From Candidatus Krumholzibacteriia bacterium (GTDB lineage: Bacteria > Krumholzibacteriota > Krumholzibacteriia > WVZY01), in NCBI GenBank assembly GCA_036478295.1, contig JAZGDW010000155.1:1-14112 (forward strand): a stretch of 14,112 nucleotides of DNA. Reading direction: 5' to 3'. Below, piece after piece: positions 1 to 7,463 of this stretch. The position numbers and the translations under genes are program-made. The notes beneath the pieces were generated by a model, which searched no databases, was not told where the DNA came from, and saw nothing but the letters and a program-made list of their open reading frames with translations. The stretch's first letter is position 1. Every line of letters starts with the position of its first letter.

Positions 1-1
1 C

Positions 2-964
2 GTCCTCAACGCAGAGAACGCGCTTGCCCTTGATATGCCCGGCGTCTCCCTCCACGGTGATGGGAGACGCGGCGTGAATGATAACCGCCCCCGGGTTGCG
101 GTCCCGGATGTTCGCCACCACCTCATCGATACCGGATTGTTCCGCCGTGTTCACCTTGTTCAGGATGACGGCGTCGGCCCGGTACAGGTTGATCTCGCCG
201 GGGTAGTAGCGAATCTCGTGACCGGGACGGTGGGGATCCGCGACAACGAGCCATAGATCCGGTTTGTAAAACGGTAAGTCGTTGTTGCCGCCGTCCCACA
301 GCACCACGTCCGCCTCTTTTTCCGCCTCTTTGAGAATGCGACCGTAGTCGACGCCCGCGAAGACGACGTTGCCGCTGGCCACGTGGTGTTCGTATTCCTC
401 ACGCTCTTCGATCGTGCAGTTGTGCGCGTCCATATCGTCCACGGAGGCGAAACGCTGTACCGCCTGCCGCGCCAGATCTCCGTACGGCATCGGGTGACGC
501 ACGACGGCGATGCGGTAGCCTTTGTCACGCAGAATCTCCGACACGCGGCGCGTCGTCTGGCTCTTGCCGCTGCCCGTGCGCACCGCGCACACCGCCACCA
601 CCGGTTTGGAGCTCGTGAGCATGGTGGCGTCGTCGCCGATCAACTTGAAATCCACGCCGAGAGAATTCACGCGGGCCGCCCGTTGCATGACGTATTCGTA
701 GGAAACGTCACTGTACGAGAAGACCGCGGTATTCACGTCTTCCTTGCTAAGAAAATCTTCGAGATCGCTTTCGGCGAAAATGGGGATGCCGTTCGGGTAG
801 AGTTCACCGGCCAGCTCGGCGGGATACACGCGCCCCTCGATGTTCGGTATCTGCGTCGCGCTGAACGCGACGATTTCTACGTCGGGGTTGTCGCGGTACA
901 GTGTGTTGAAATCATGAAAGTCCCGTCCCGCCGCACCCATGATCAGGATTCTCTCTTTGCTCAT
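2..964 (-). CDS. COG2403 / cyclic 2,3-diphosphoglycerate synthetase-like P-loop protein, candidate arginine synthetase (ArcE-like); partial, runs off the left edge
   Basis: Absent from the ORF track because it has no stop in the window. Manual translation from ATG at 964 (preceded by AGAGGAAGGTGTTT): MSKERILIMGAAGRDFHDFN...ATQIPNIEGRVYPAELAGELYPNGIPI...FSYSDV...AVRTGSGKSQTTR (Walker A)...RHPMPYGDL...CTIEEREEYE...AGVDY...WDGGNNDLPF...DPHRPGHE..YYPGEIN...NKV...GKRVLCVED; 321 open codons. Confidence 0.85.
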   Translation of the reverse strand, partial: MSKERILIMGAAGRDFHDFNTLYRDNPDVEIVAFSATQIPNIEGRVYPAELAGELYPNGIPIFAESDLEDFLSKEDVNTAVFSYSDVSYEYVMQRAARVNSLGVDFKLIGDDATMLTSSKPVVAVCAVRTGSGKSQTTRRVSEILRDKGYRIAVVRHPMPYGDLARQAVQRFASVDDMDAHNCTIEEREEYEHHVASGNVVFAGVDYGRILKEAEKEADVVLWDGGNNDLPFYKPDLWLVVADPHRPGHEIRYYPGEINLYRADAVILNKVNTAEQSGIDEVVANIRDRNPGAVIIHAASPITVEGDAGHIKGKRVLCVED

Positions 965-996
965 AAACACCTTCCTCTAACGCAAGGTCACTGACA

Positions 997-1033
997 GCCG
1001 GTTTCACCGGCGTGGGCAATTCGGCTCCCCACG
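997..1033 (-). other. Two abutting GC-rich hairpins between rfaE2 and the COG2403 gene
   Basis: Minus strand GCGTGGG-N10-CCCACGC (1010-1033) and GCCGGT-GAA-ACCGGC (997-1011), sharing 2 nt; no U-tract follows. Confidence 0.4.
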
Positions 1034-1058
1034 CTTCGCATCGCCCGCAGCACTCGTA

Positions 1059-1535
1059 TCAGCTATCGACTTCGGAAATCCGCCGTATCATGCGCCTCGT
1101 CGAATGTCCCCGTTTCATCAGGATGCGGACGACCGTCCCGCCGCGCTCGCGAACGAACGCCGCGCCGACGATGTCCCGCTCCTTGTATTCGCCACCCTTC
1201 ACCAGCACGTCCGGCTCAACAATACGGATGGTCTCGAGCGGCGTTTCTTCCGGAAACACGGTCACGTAATCGACCCAGCGCAGGGCCAGCAGTATTTCCG
1301 CGCGCTCCTCCGCCGGGTAGATGGGCCTGGCCTTGCCCTTGAGACGACGAACTGACTCGTCGTCGTTTATCGCCACGAGCAGCGTGTCTCCACGCGCGGC
1401 GGCCTTGCTCAGGAGGCGCATATGACCGGGATGAAGGAGATCAAAACACCCGTTGGTAAAGACGATTCGCCTGCCGTCGCCGCGCAGGGCGTCACAGGTC
1501 TCCCGCAATTGCTGACGTGGGATCACGTTCTTCAT
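1059..1535 (-). CDS. rfaE2: D-glycero-beta-D-manno-heptose 1-phosphate adenylyltransferase (RfaE2/HldC)
   Basis: VFTNGCFDLLHPGH (HIGH-type motif), SVRRLKG..RPI, PDVLVKGGEY. Start is ATG 1535 or GTG 1544. Confidence 0.92.
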   Translation of the reverse strand: MKNVIPRQQLRETCDALRGDGRRIVFTNGCFDLLHPGHMRLLSKAAARGDTLLVAINDDESVRRLKGKARPIYPAEERAEILLALRWVDYVTVFPEETPLETIRIVEPDVLVKGGEYKERDIVGAAFVRERGGTVVRILMKRGHSTRRMIRRISEVDS

Positions 1536-1565
1536 CTGCTGCACGAGGTAGTGGGTGCGAATCTC

Positions 1566-2546
1566 CTAGACGAAACCATCCAACAAGCTCGACGTGGTGA
1601 TGGTTGTCGTGCCCACTTCCTTCACGACGTCACCCGCCGCCTGGTTCGCGACGATAACCGCCTCGACCATGGGCACGCGACAGGCCATCGCCGCCCCGAG
1701 GACGCTGATCACCGTGTCTCCGGCTCCGGTGACGTCGTACACCTCTTTGGCAACGGTCGGAATCTGGATCTGTTCGTCACCGTTGAGGAACAAGCTCATT
1801 CCTTCTTCACCGCGCGTGATGAGGAGGGCGTCGAGCCGCAGCTCGTCCCGCATGCGAAACCCGAGCGTCGCAAATAGTTCGTCGCGGCTGTAGGCCGCGT
1901 CGAAGAAGCTCGCCGCCTCTCTGGTGTTGGGCGTCACTACGCTCGCCCCTGCATACCACCCGAAGTGGCCGACGAAAGGGTCCACCAGAACCGCCTTGCC
2001 CTTCTGGCGCCACGTCGCGATTAGCGCGGGCAGGTGACCCTTGCGAATCACCCCTTTGCCGTAATCGGAGATGATGAGCGCGTCGCACTCGTCCGCCAGC
2101 CGTCCGAGGTCTGCATGGAGATCCTCCATTTCATCCCACGGGCGTTCGAAGTCCGCGCGCACCACCTGTTGGCTCTGGGCGATGATACGGACCTTCTCCG
2201 TGGTCTCCCCGCGCTTCTGCACGCGAATGCCCTCCGTGCCGATCCCTTGACTTCGCAATAGATCCAGCACCTCATGACCCGCGCGGTCGTCGCCGATCGA
2301 GCCGCACAGCGACACACCGACGCCCAATGCGCGCAGGTTGGCGGCCACATTTGCCGCGCCGCCCAGCCGTGCACTCTTGCGGCTGACTTTTACGATCGGA
2401 ACCGGAGCTTCGGGGGAGATGCGCTCCACCTCGCCCCAGAAATAGCGGTCGAGCATGACGTCACCCAGCACGCATATGCGCGCCGACTCGAACCTATCGA
2501 TATAAGCCGCTACCTGGGCTCGGGTTAAGCCGATCTGTGACATCAT
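1566..2546 (-). CDS. rfaE1: D-glycero-beta-D-manno-heptose 7-phosphate kinase (RfaE1/HldA, PfkB family)
   Basis: GDVMLDRY, VERISPEAPVP, GGAANVA, SDYGKG, TPN, ITRGEEG, DVTGAGDT; adjacent to rfaE2. Confidence 0.92.
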   Translation of the reverse strand: MMSQIGLTRAQVAAYIDRFESARICVLGDVMLDRYFWGEVERISPEAPVPIVKVSRKSARLGGAANVAANLRALGVGVSLCGSIGDDRAGHEVLDLLRSQGIGTEGIRVQKRGETTEKVRIIAQSQQVVRADFERPWDEMEDLHADLGRLADECDALIISDYGKGVIRKGHLPALIATWRQKGKAVLVDPFVGHFGWYAGASVVTPNTREAASFFDAAYSRDELFATLGFRMRDELRLDALLITRGEEGMSLFLNGDEQIQIPTVAKEVYDVTGAGDTVISVLGAAMACRVPMVEAVIVANQAAGDVVKEVGTTTITTSSLLDGFV

Positions 2547-2575
2547 GCGACGTTATCCGGTTTTGATTAAAATTT

Positions 2576-2595
2576 CAGGAACTTCGAGGTTCCTG
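2576..2595. repeat. Inverted repeat CAGGAAC-N6-GTTCCTG in the rfaE1 leader (operator or hairpin)
   Basis: Perfect 7-bp arms between the predicted promoter and the rfaE1 start, followed on the minus strand by AAATTTTAATCAAAA. Confidence 0.5.
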
Positions 2596-2638
2596 GGAAG
2601 GCAAAACTGCTCCATCCGCGGGTATAAGTCGAAGAGAA

Positions 2639-2668
2639 AACGTAACATGCGCGCGAGCGCGGTGTCAA
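2639..2668 (-). promoter_or_regulatory. Predicted sigma70-type promoter for rfaE1-rfaE2
   Basis: Minus strand TTGACA (2668-2663), 18-bp spacer ending TGt (extended -10), TACGTT (2644-2639). Confidence 0.65.
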
Positions 2669-2698
2669 GGTCTTTAGGCTGGCGGGGGCGGCGCGGTC

Positions 2699-2728
2699 TT
2701 GTTTCCCGGCCGTCGGTTGTGGTAAATT
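2699..2728 (+). promoter_or_regulatory. Predicted sigma70-type promoter for the DUF3467 gene
   Basis: TTGTTT (2699-2704), 18-bp spacer ending TGTGG (extended -10), TAAATT (2723-2728); GGGAGG ribosome-binding site just before ATG 2768. Confidence 0.55.
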
Positions 2729-2767
2729 GCAGTTTTCCCCAGAAGTGGCCAACGTACGGGAGGATCC

Positions 2768-3088
2768 ATGAATCCGAATCAAACGGTCAACATCGAAATC
2801 GGCGACAAGGAGTGGGAGGGCATCTACTCGAACTTCGTTATCATCACCCATTCCAGTGCCGAGTTCATCATCGACTTCGCCCGCTTGCTACCGGGCGCCA
2901 AGCGCGCCAAGGTTTTCTCGCGCATCCTGATGACGCCGCAGAGCGCCAAGGCTCTGCTGACCACGCTGGACACCAACATTCAGAAATTCGAAAAGGACCA
3001 CGGGAAGATACCGCTGGTACCGACAGATCCGAACCGGGCCAGCATCGGCTTCCAGACGGCGAGCGGCACGTCTCCCAAGGATCAGTGA
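2768..3088 (+). CDS. DUF3467 family protein
   Basis: 106 aa with the family-like pattern EGIYSNFVIITHSSAEFIIDF...AKVFSRILMTPQSAK.LL..L..NI.KFE..HG.I; strong ribosome-binding site; only credible plus-strand gene. Confidence 0.85.
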   Translation: MNPNQTVNIEIGDKEWEGIYSNFVIITHSSAEFIIDFARLLPGAKRAKVFSRILMTPQSAKALLTTLDTNIQKFEKDHGKIPLVPTDPNRASIGFQTASGTSPKDQ

Positions 3089-4002
3089 GCCCCCACCCTT
3101 CCGGGCTTGGTTTTCCAGCGCCGGTGAGTCCAAAAGTAGAGCTCCGGGAAGCGAAGCACAAACTCTTCGAGACGGGTGGTGAATCGCTGGGTGAGCTCGT
3201 GGATCGCCTGCTCCCTCGAGAGACCGGGCTCGGGCCACATCGGCTCCTGGAAGACCGCGCGGTGGTGGCCTTCTCCCTCCCGCACGAGAAACGCCGGGAT
3301 GACCGGGCAACCGAGACGAACGGCGAACGTTGCCGGCCCTCTCAGGGTCGACGCCGGCTTGCCCAGGAAATCCACGAAGATTCCCGCGGCGTGCGCGTCC
3401 TGGTCGGCCAGGTAAGCGACAAACTGGTTATCGCGCAGCAGCTGCAGAAGGTGCCTCACCGATTGCTGTGGCGAAATAATTTTCAACCCCTGCGCCCTGC
3501 GCAGTTCGGAGATGACGCCGTGGACCCACTTGTTGCTGTGGTCGGTGTCGGTGACGTGGATCGGGTAGCCACAACGGGCCACCGTCGCGCCGAGGAGTTC
3601 CCAGTTGCCGAAATGACCGGTGAAGATGATGGCCCCCTTGCCGTGGGCCAGCGCTGCATCGAAGTGCTCGCGTCCTTCGACCGTCACCATTTCGAAAAGG
3701 TGCTCACGGGTAATGGTCTTGAAGGCTGCCATCTCCATGATAAGGCGGCCGAAGTTGCGGTAGGATTCGACGGCGATGCGGTCGAGCCGGCGGCTGTCCC
3801 CGCCCGCGATCGACGTGCGCAGGTTTTCCATGACGATGCGCCGCCGGAGCCGCACGACGCGGAACGCTACCCAACCCAGAGCCGAGCCAAAGCGCCGCGT
3901 TACCTTGAGTGGCACGAAAGCGGACGTCCAGACCAGCCACCTGACCAGCAAGTACTCGATATAATACTGGATGCGTTTTCGGTGGGATAATCTGCGGCTC
4001 AT
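3082..4002 (-). CDS. lpxL: Lipid A late acyltransferase family protein (LpxL/HtrB-like)
   Basis: GHFGNWE catalytic motif, LADQ, G.FVDFLGKPAST..GPA..A, PELYFWTHRRWK. ATG 4002 preferred over TTG 4035. Acyl specificity cannot be inferred. Confidence 0.85.
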   Translation of the reverse strand: MSRRLSHRKRIQYYIEYLLVRWLVWTSAFVPLKVTRRFGSALGWVAFRVVRLRRRIVMENLRTSIAGGDSRRLDRIAVESYRNFGRLIMEMAAFKTITREHLFEMVTVEGREHFDAALAHGKGAIIFTGHFGNWELLGATVARCGYPIHVTDTDHSNKWVHGVISELRRAQGLKIISPQQSVRHLLQLLRDNQFVAYLADQDAHAAGIFVDFLGKPASTLRGPATFAVRLGCPVIPAFLVREGEGHHRAVFQEPMWPEPGLSREQAIHELTQRFTTRLEEFVLRFPELYFWTHRRWKTKPGRVGAH

Positions 4003-4044
4003 GTCATATCCGGCCGTATCGTCGAGGCACGACAAAGGTCATGC

Positions 4045-5142
4045 TCAGCTTTTATGATACATTCCCATCGCGTCCCGTGCAACCACGCCCCGTATCTCGA
4101 GCTCGAGCAGGATGGCCTGCACCCTCGCCACGCTGGTTTTCAGGTGGCGCGCCACGGCGTCGGGGTCCGCGTGGTGTCCACCCACGACGTCCAGAATGGC
4201 GTTGGCCTCCGCACTGAGACCCGCCTGCACCCTCCCGCCGGACGCCGCGGGGCCGCCCCACGGCCGGCTCGCCCGGGCCCGCAGCCGCGGGGCCGCCTCG
4301 AGAATATCGTCGACGCCTTCCACCGGAAACGCGCCCCCCTTCAGCAGCGAATTTACACCGCAGCTACGCGGGTCCCCCGGAAACCCTGGAACCGCGCCGA
4401 CCTCCCGGCCCTGTTCCAGCGCCCAGCTCGCGGTGAGCAGCGCCCCGCTGCGCCGGCCCGCCTCCACCACAACCACCGCGTGGGAAAACGCGCTGATCAA
4501 ACGGTTGCGTTGCGGGAACGTATGCCTCAGCGGTGGCGTTCCCATCAGCTGTTCGCCGAGCACGCACCCGTGCTGTGCCATCGTCTCCAGCAGCTGCGCG
4601 TTCTCCTGCGGGTACGGAACGTCCAGTCCGCTGCCGACGACCCCCACCGTCTTGCCCCGTTTCTCCAGCGCGCCGCGATGCGCGGCGCTGTCGATCCCCC
4701 GTGCCGCACCGCTGACAACGACGATGTTCATCGCGGCCAGGTCACCCGCCAGCCCCGCCGTAAAATCGCATGCGCGGGCCGTGGGATGCCGTGTCCCGAC
4801 AATCGCCACGCCGCGGTGACGCAGGCAAGAGAGGTCTCCCCGATAAAAGAGGATCGGAGGAGCCTTCGGGATACGCCGCAAGTAGAGCGGGTAGTCATCG
4901 TCAAAAAAGGTCACCGCCCGCACACCGTGCCGGCTCATCGCCGCCCGTTGTGCGTCGAAACGCTCCCAGGCGACCTCTCCCACGGGCCTACCGATAGCGA
5001 TCGACAGGTCTCTCCGCCCGGATTCCGACCTCAGTTGATGAAACGTCTCCCTGTAATCCCCCGATAGTCGGAAGCAGTCCGCCCGACCGTTTCCCTCGGC
5101 AAGAAGAAAAGCCAGCACCGTGTGCCAGGATTGCACCCCCAT
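4045..5142 (-). CDS. dprA: DNA-processing protein DprA (Smf)
   Basis: DDDYP..L..I...PPILFYRG, VAIVGTR, VVSGAARGIDSAAHRGAL, FPQRNRLIS, VVVEAGRRSGALLTA..ALEQGREV.AVPG, C-terminal winged-helix-like LLELEIRGVV; GGAGG upstream. Confidence 0.95.
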   Translation of the reverse strand: MGVQSWHTVLAFLLAEGNGRADCFRLSGDYRETFHQLRSESGRRDLSIAIGRPVGEVAWERFDAQRAAMSRHGVRAVTFFDDDYPLYLRRIPKAPPILFYRGDLSCLRHRGVAIVGTRHPTARACDFTAGLAGDLAAMNIVVVSGAARGIDSAAHRGALEKRGKTVGVVGSGLDVPYPQENAQLLETMAQHGCVLGEQLMGTPPLRHTFPQRNRLISAFSHAVVVVEAGRRSGALLTASWALEQGREVGAVPGFPGDPRSCGVNSLLKGGAFPVEGVDDILEAAPRLRARASRPWGGPAASGGRVQAGLSAEANAILDVVGGHHADPDAVARHLKTSVARVQAILLELEIRGVVARDAMGMYHKS

Positions 5143-5164
5143 CTTCCACCCCTCCCGTCTTGTG

Positions 5165-6220
<1,056 letters not shown>

Positions 6221-6222
6221 TC

Positions 6223-6251
6223 AGGGTAGCAGCCCGTCGGGGCGGGGTCAA
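6223..6251 (-). promoter_or_regulatory. Predicted sigma70-type promoter for obgE-dprA-lpxL
   Basis: Minus strand TTGACC (6251-6246), 17-bp spacer ending TGc (extended -10), TACCCT (6228-6223), starting just after the coaD stop. Confidence 0.6.
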
Positions 6252-6255
6252 TTGC

Positions 6256-6744
6256 CTACTTCCCCGCGTCCCTTCTGGTGTCGCGAAGCGCTTTGCTCAC
6301 CGGCTCCGGCACCAGATCGGACACATCACCACCCAGGGCAAACACCTCTCGCACGGTCGAGCTGTGGAGGTACACGTAGCGCGCGCTCGGCATGAGGAAT
6401 AACGTTTCGAACCCGGGATAGAGCTTGCGGTTCATCAGCGCCATCATCATTTCATACTCGAAATCAGAAACGGCGCGCAGGCCGCGGATGACGACGTCGA
6501 TCGCCAACTCCTTGCACCGTTCGGCCAGAAGCCCTTCGAGAATGATCACTTCGATATCGGCGATGCCGCGCGTGCTCTCCACCACGAGTCGCTTGCGCAC
6601 AGGTAGCGAAAACCTGGCGTCCTTGTGCGTGCCCGGTGCGACGGCGACAACGAATGGGTCGAAAAGTTTCGCGGCACGCTCGATGATATCGAGATGTCCG
6701 TTTGTAATCGGATCAAAGGTGCCGGGGTAGAGCGCGCTGGTCAT
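6256..6744 (-). CDS. coaD: Phosphopantetheine adenylyltransferase
   Basis: YPGTFDPITNGHLDII, IRGLRAVSDFEYE, MNRKL, ETLFL, SSTVREV...GGDVSDLVP; ATGA overlap with rsmD. Confidence 0.97.
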   Translation of the reverse strand: MTSALYPGTFDPITNGHLDIIERAAKLFDPFVVAVAPGTHKDARFSLPVRKRLVVESTRGIADIEVIILEGLLAERCKELAIDVVIRGLRAVSDFEYEMMMALMNRKLYPGFETLFLMPSARYVYLHSSTVREVFALGGDVSDLVPEPVSKALRDTRRDAGK

Positions 6745-7322
6745 AAGACTTCTCCTTCGGCTCGGACAAAGAAGCTGACCTGGGTCTGTCCGAAAGTCTT
6801 GAGCCGGAATCTCGCAAACCCCCCGGGCGCCGCGGGCATGACTTTTTTGGGGTGCTCGAGCACGACCAGGCCACCGGGAGGATAGTCGATCCGCGCGAGA
6901 AACTCCAGCAAAACACCGGGGTCCACCGCGTAGGGTGGGTCCGCGTAGACCAGGTTGGGTCGGATGTCACGCGACGCCGCAGCACCCAGGAAATCGAATG
7001 CATCCGCCGCGTGCACGCGAAAACGATCCCGTGCAATCCCGCAGCGTGCCAGGTTCTCCCGCAGGCAGTCGAGTGCCGCACGCCCGCACTCGACGAAATG
7101 AACGAAAGCGGCTCCGCGGCTGATCGCCTCGATTCCGATGCCACCGGCGCCGGCGTAGAGATCGATGAACATCGCCCCCGCCACCTCCCCAGCAAGCGAC
7201 GCGAACACGGACTCCTTCGTGCGCTGCATCGTGGGCCTGACGGTGGGGGCGTCGGGGTACTTCAACCGCCGGCCTTTGAACTGACCGGCGAGGACGCGTA
7301 CTTGATAACTCCTCTTTGCCAT
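6741..7322 (-). CDS. rsmD: 16S rRNA m2G966 methyltransferase RsmD family
   Basis: RVLAGQFKGRRL, VRPT..RTKESVF, DLYAGAGGIGIEAISRGA, DPPY, VVLEH; common rsmD-coaD pairing. Likely start ATG 7322 rather than TTG 7409. Confidence 0.93.
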   Translation of the reverse strand: MAKRSYQVRVLAGQFKGRRLKYPDAPTVRPTMQRTKESVFASLAGEVAGAMFIDLYAGAGGIGIEAISRGAAFVHFVECGRAALDCLRENLARCGIARDRFRVHAADAFDFLGAAASRDIRPNLVYADPPYAVDPGVLLEFLARIDYPPGGLVVLEHPKKVMPAAPGGFARFRLKTFGQTQVSFFVRAEGEVL

Positions 7323-7389
7323 AACTGAAGGCGATCCGGCGGCCGCGCAGCACCGATGCGGGGAACGCGGTTCTACCTTGAGACTAAAC

Positions 7390-7435
7390 GCAGGAAGACG
7401 GCAAAGCAAGCTGTTTGCTCTGCCGCCTTCGCCGC
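7390..7435 (-). terminator. Long stem-loop downstream of pilQ (terminator or 3' stabiliser)
   Basis: Minus-strand RNA GAAGGCGGCAGAGCAA-ACAGC-UUGCUUUGCCGUCUUC: 16-bp stem (7394-7430) with two G-U pairs that work only on this strand, extendable by 4 bp past a bulge; weak U tail (GUUUAGU). Confidence 0.65.
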
Positions 7436-7463
7436 TCGGGATCGGGGCAATAGTCTTCTGGAA

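Noticed and set aside
383..994. 203-aa plus-strand ORF, plus ORFs 35..256 and 160..528
   Set aside because: Antisense or off-frame shadows of the motif-rich minus-strand gene starting at 964; no recognisable features.
2545..3990. 481-aa plus-strand ORF
   Set aside because: Spans the promoter region, DUF3467 in another frame and lpxL antisense; Arg/His-rich composition typical of high-GC shadow frames.
4054..5067. 337-aa and 235-aa plus-strand ORFs opposite dprA
   Set aside because: Antisense shadows of a well-supported gene; no motifs.
7323..7409. 29-residue N-terminal extension of RsmD from TTG 7409
   Set aside because: The start lies inside the pilQ hairpin, and family similarity begins only after ATG 7322.
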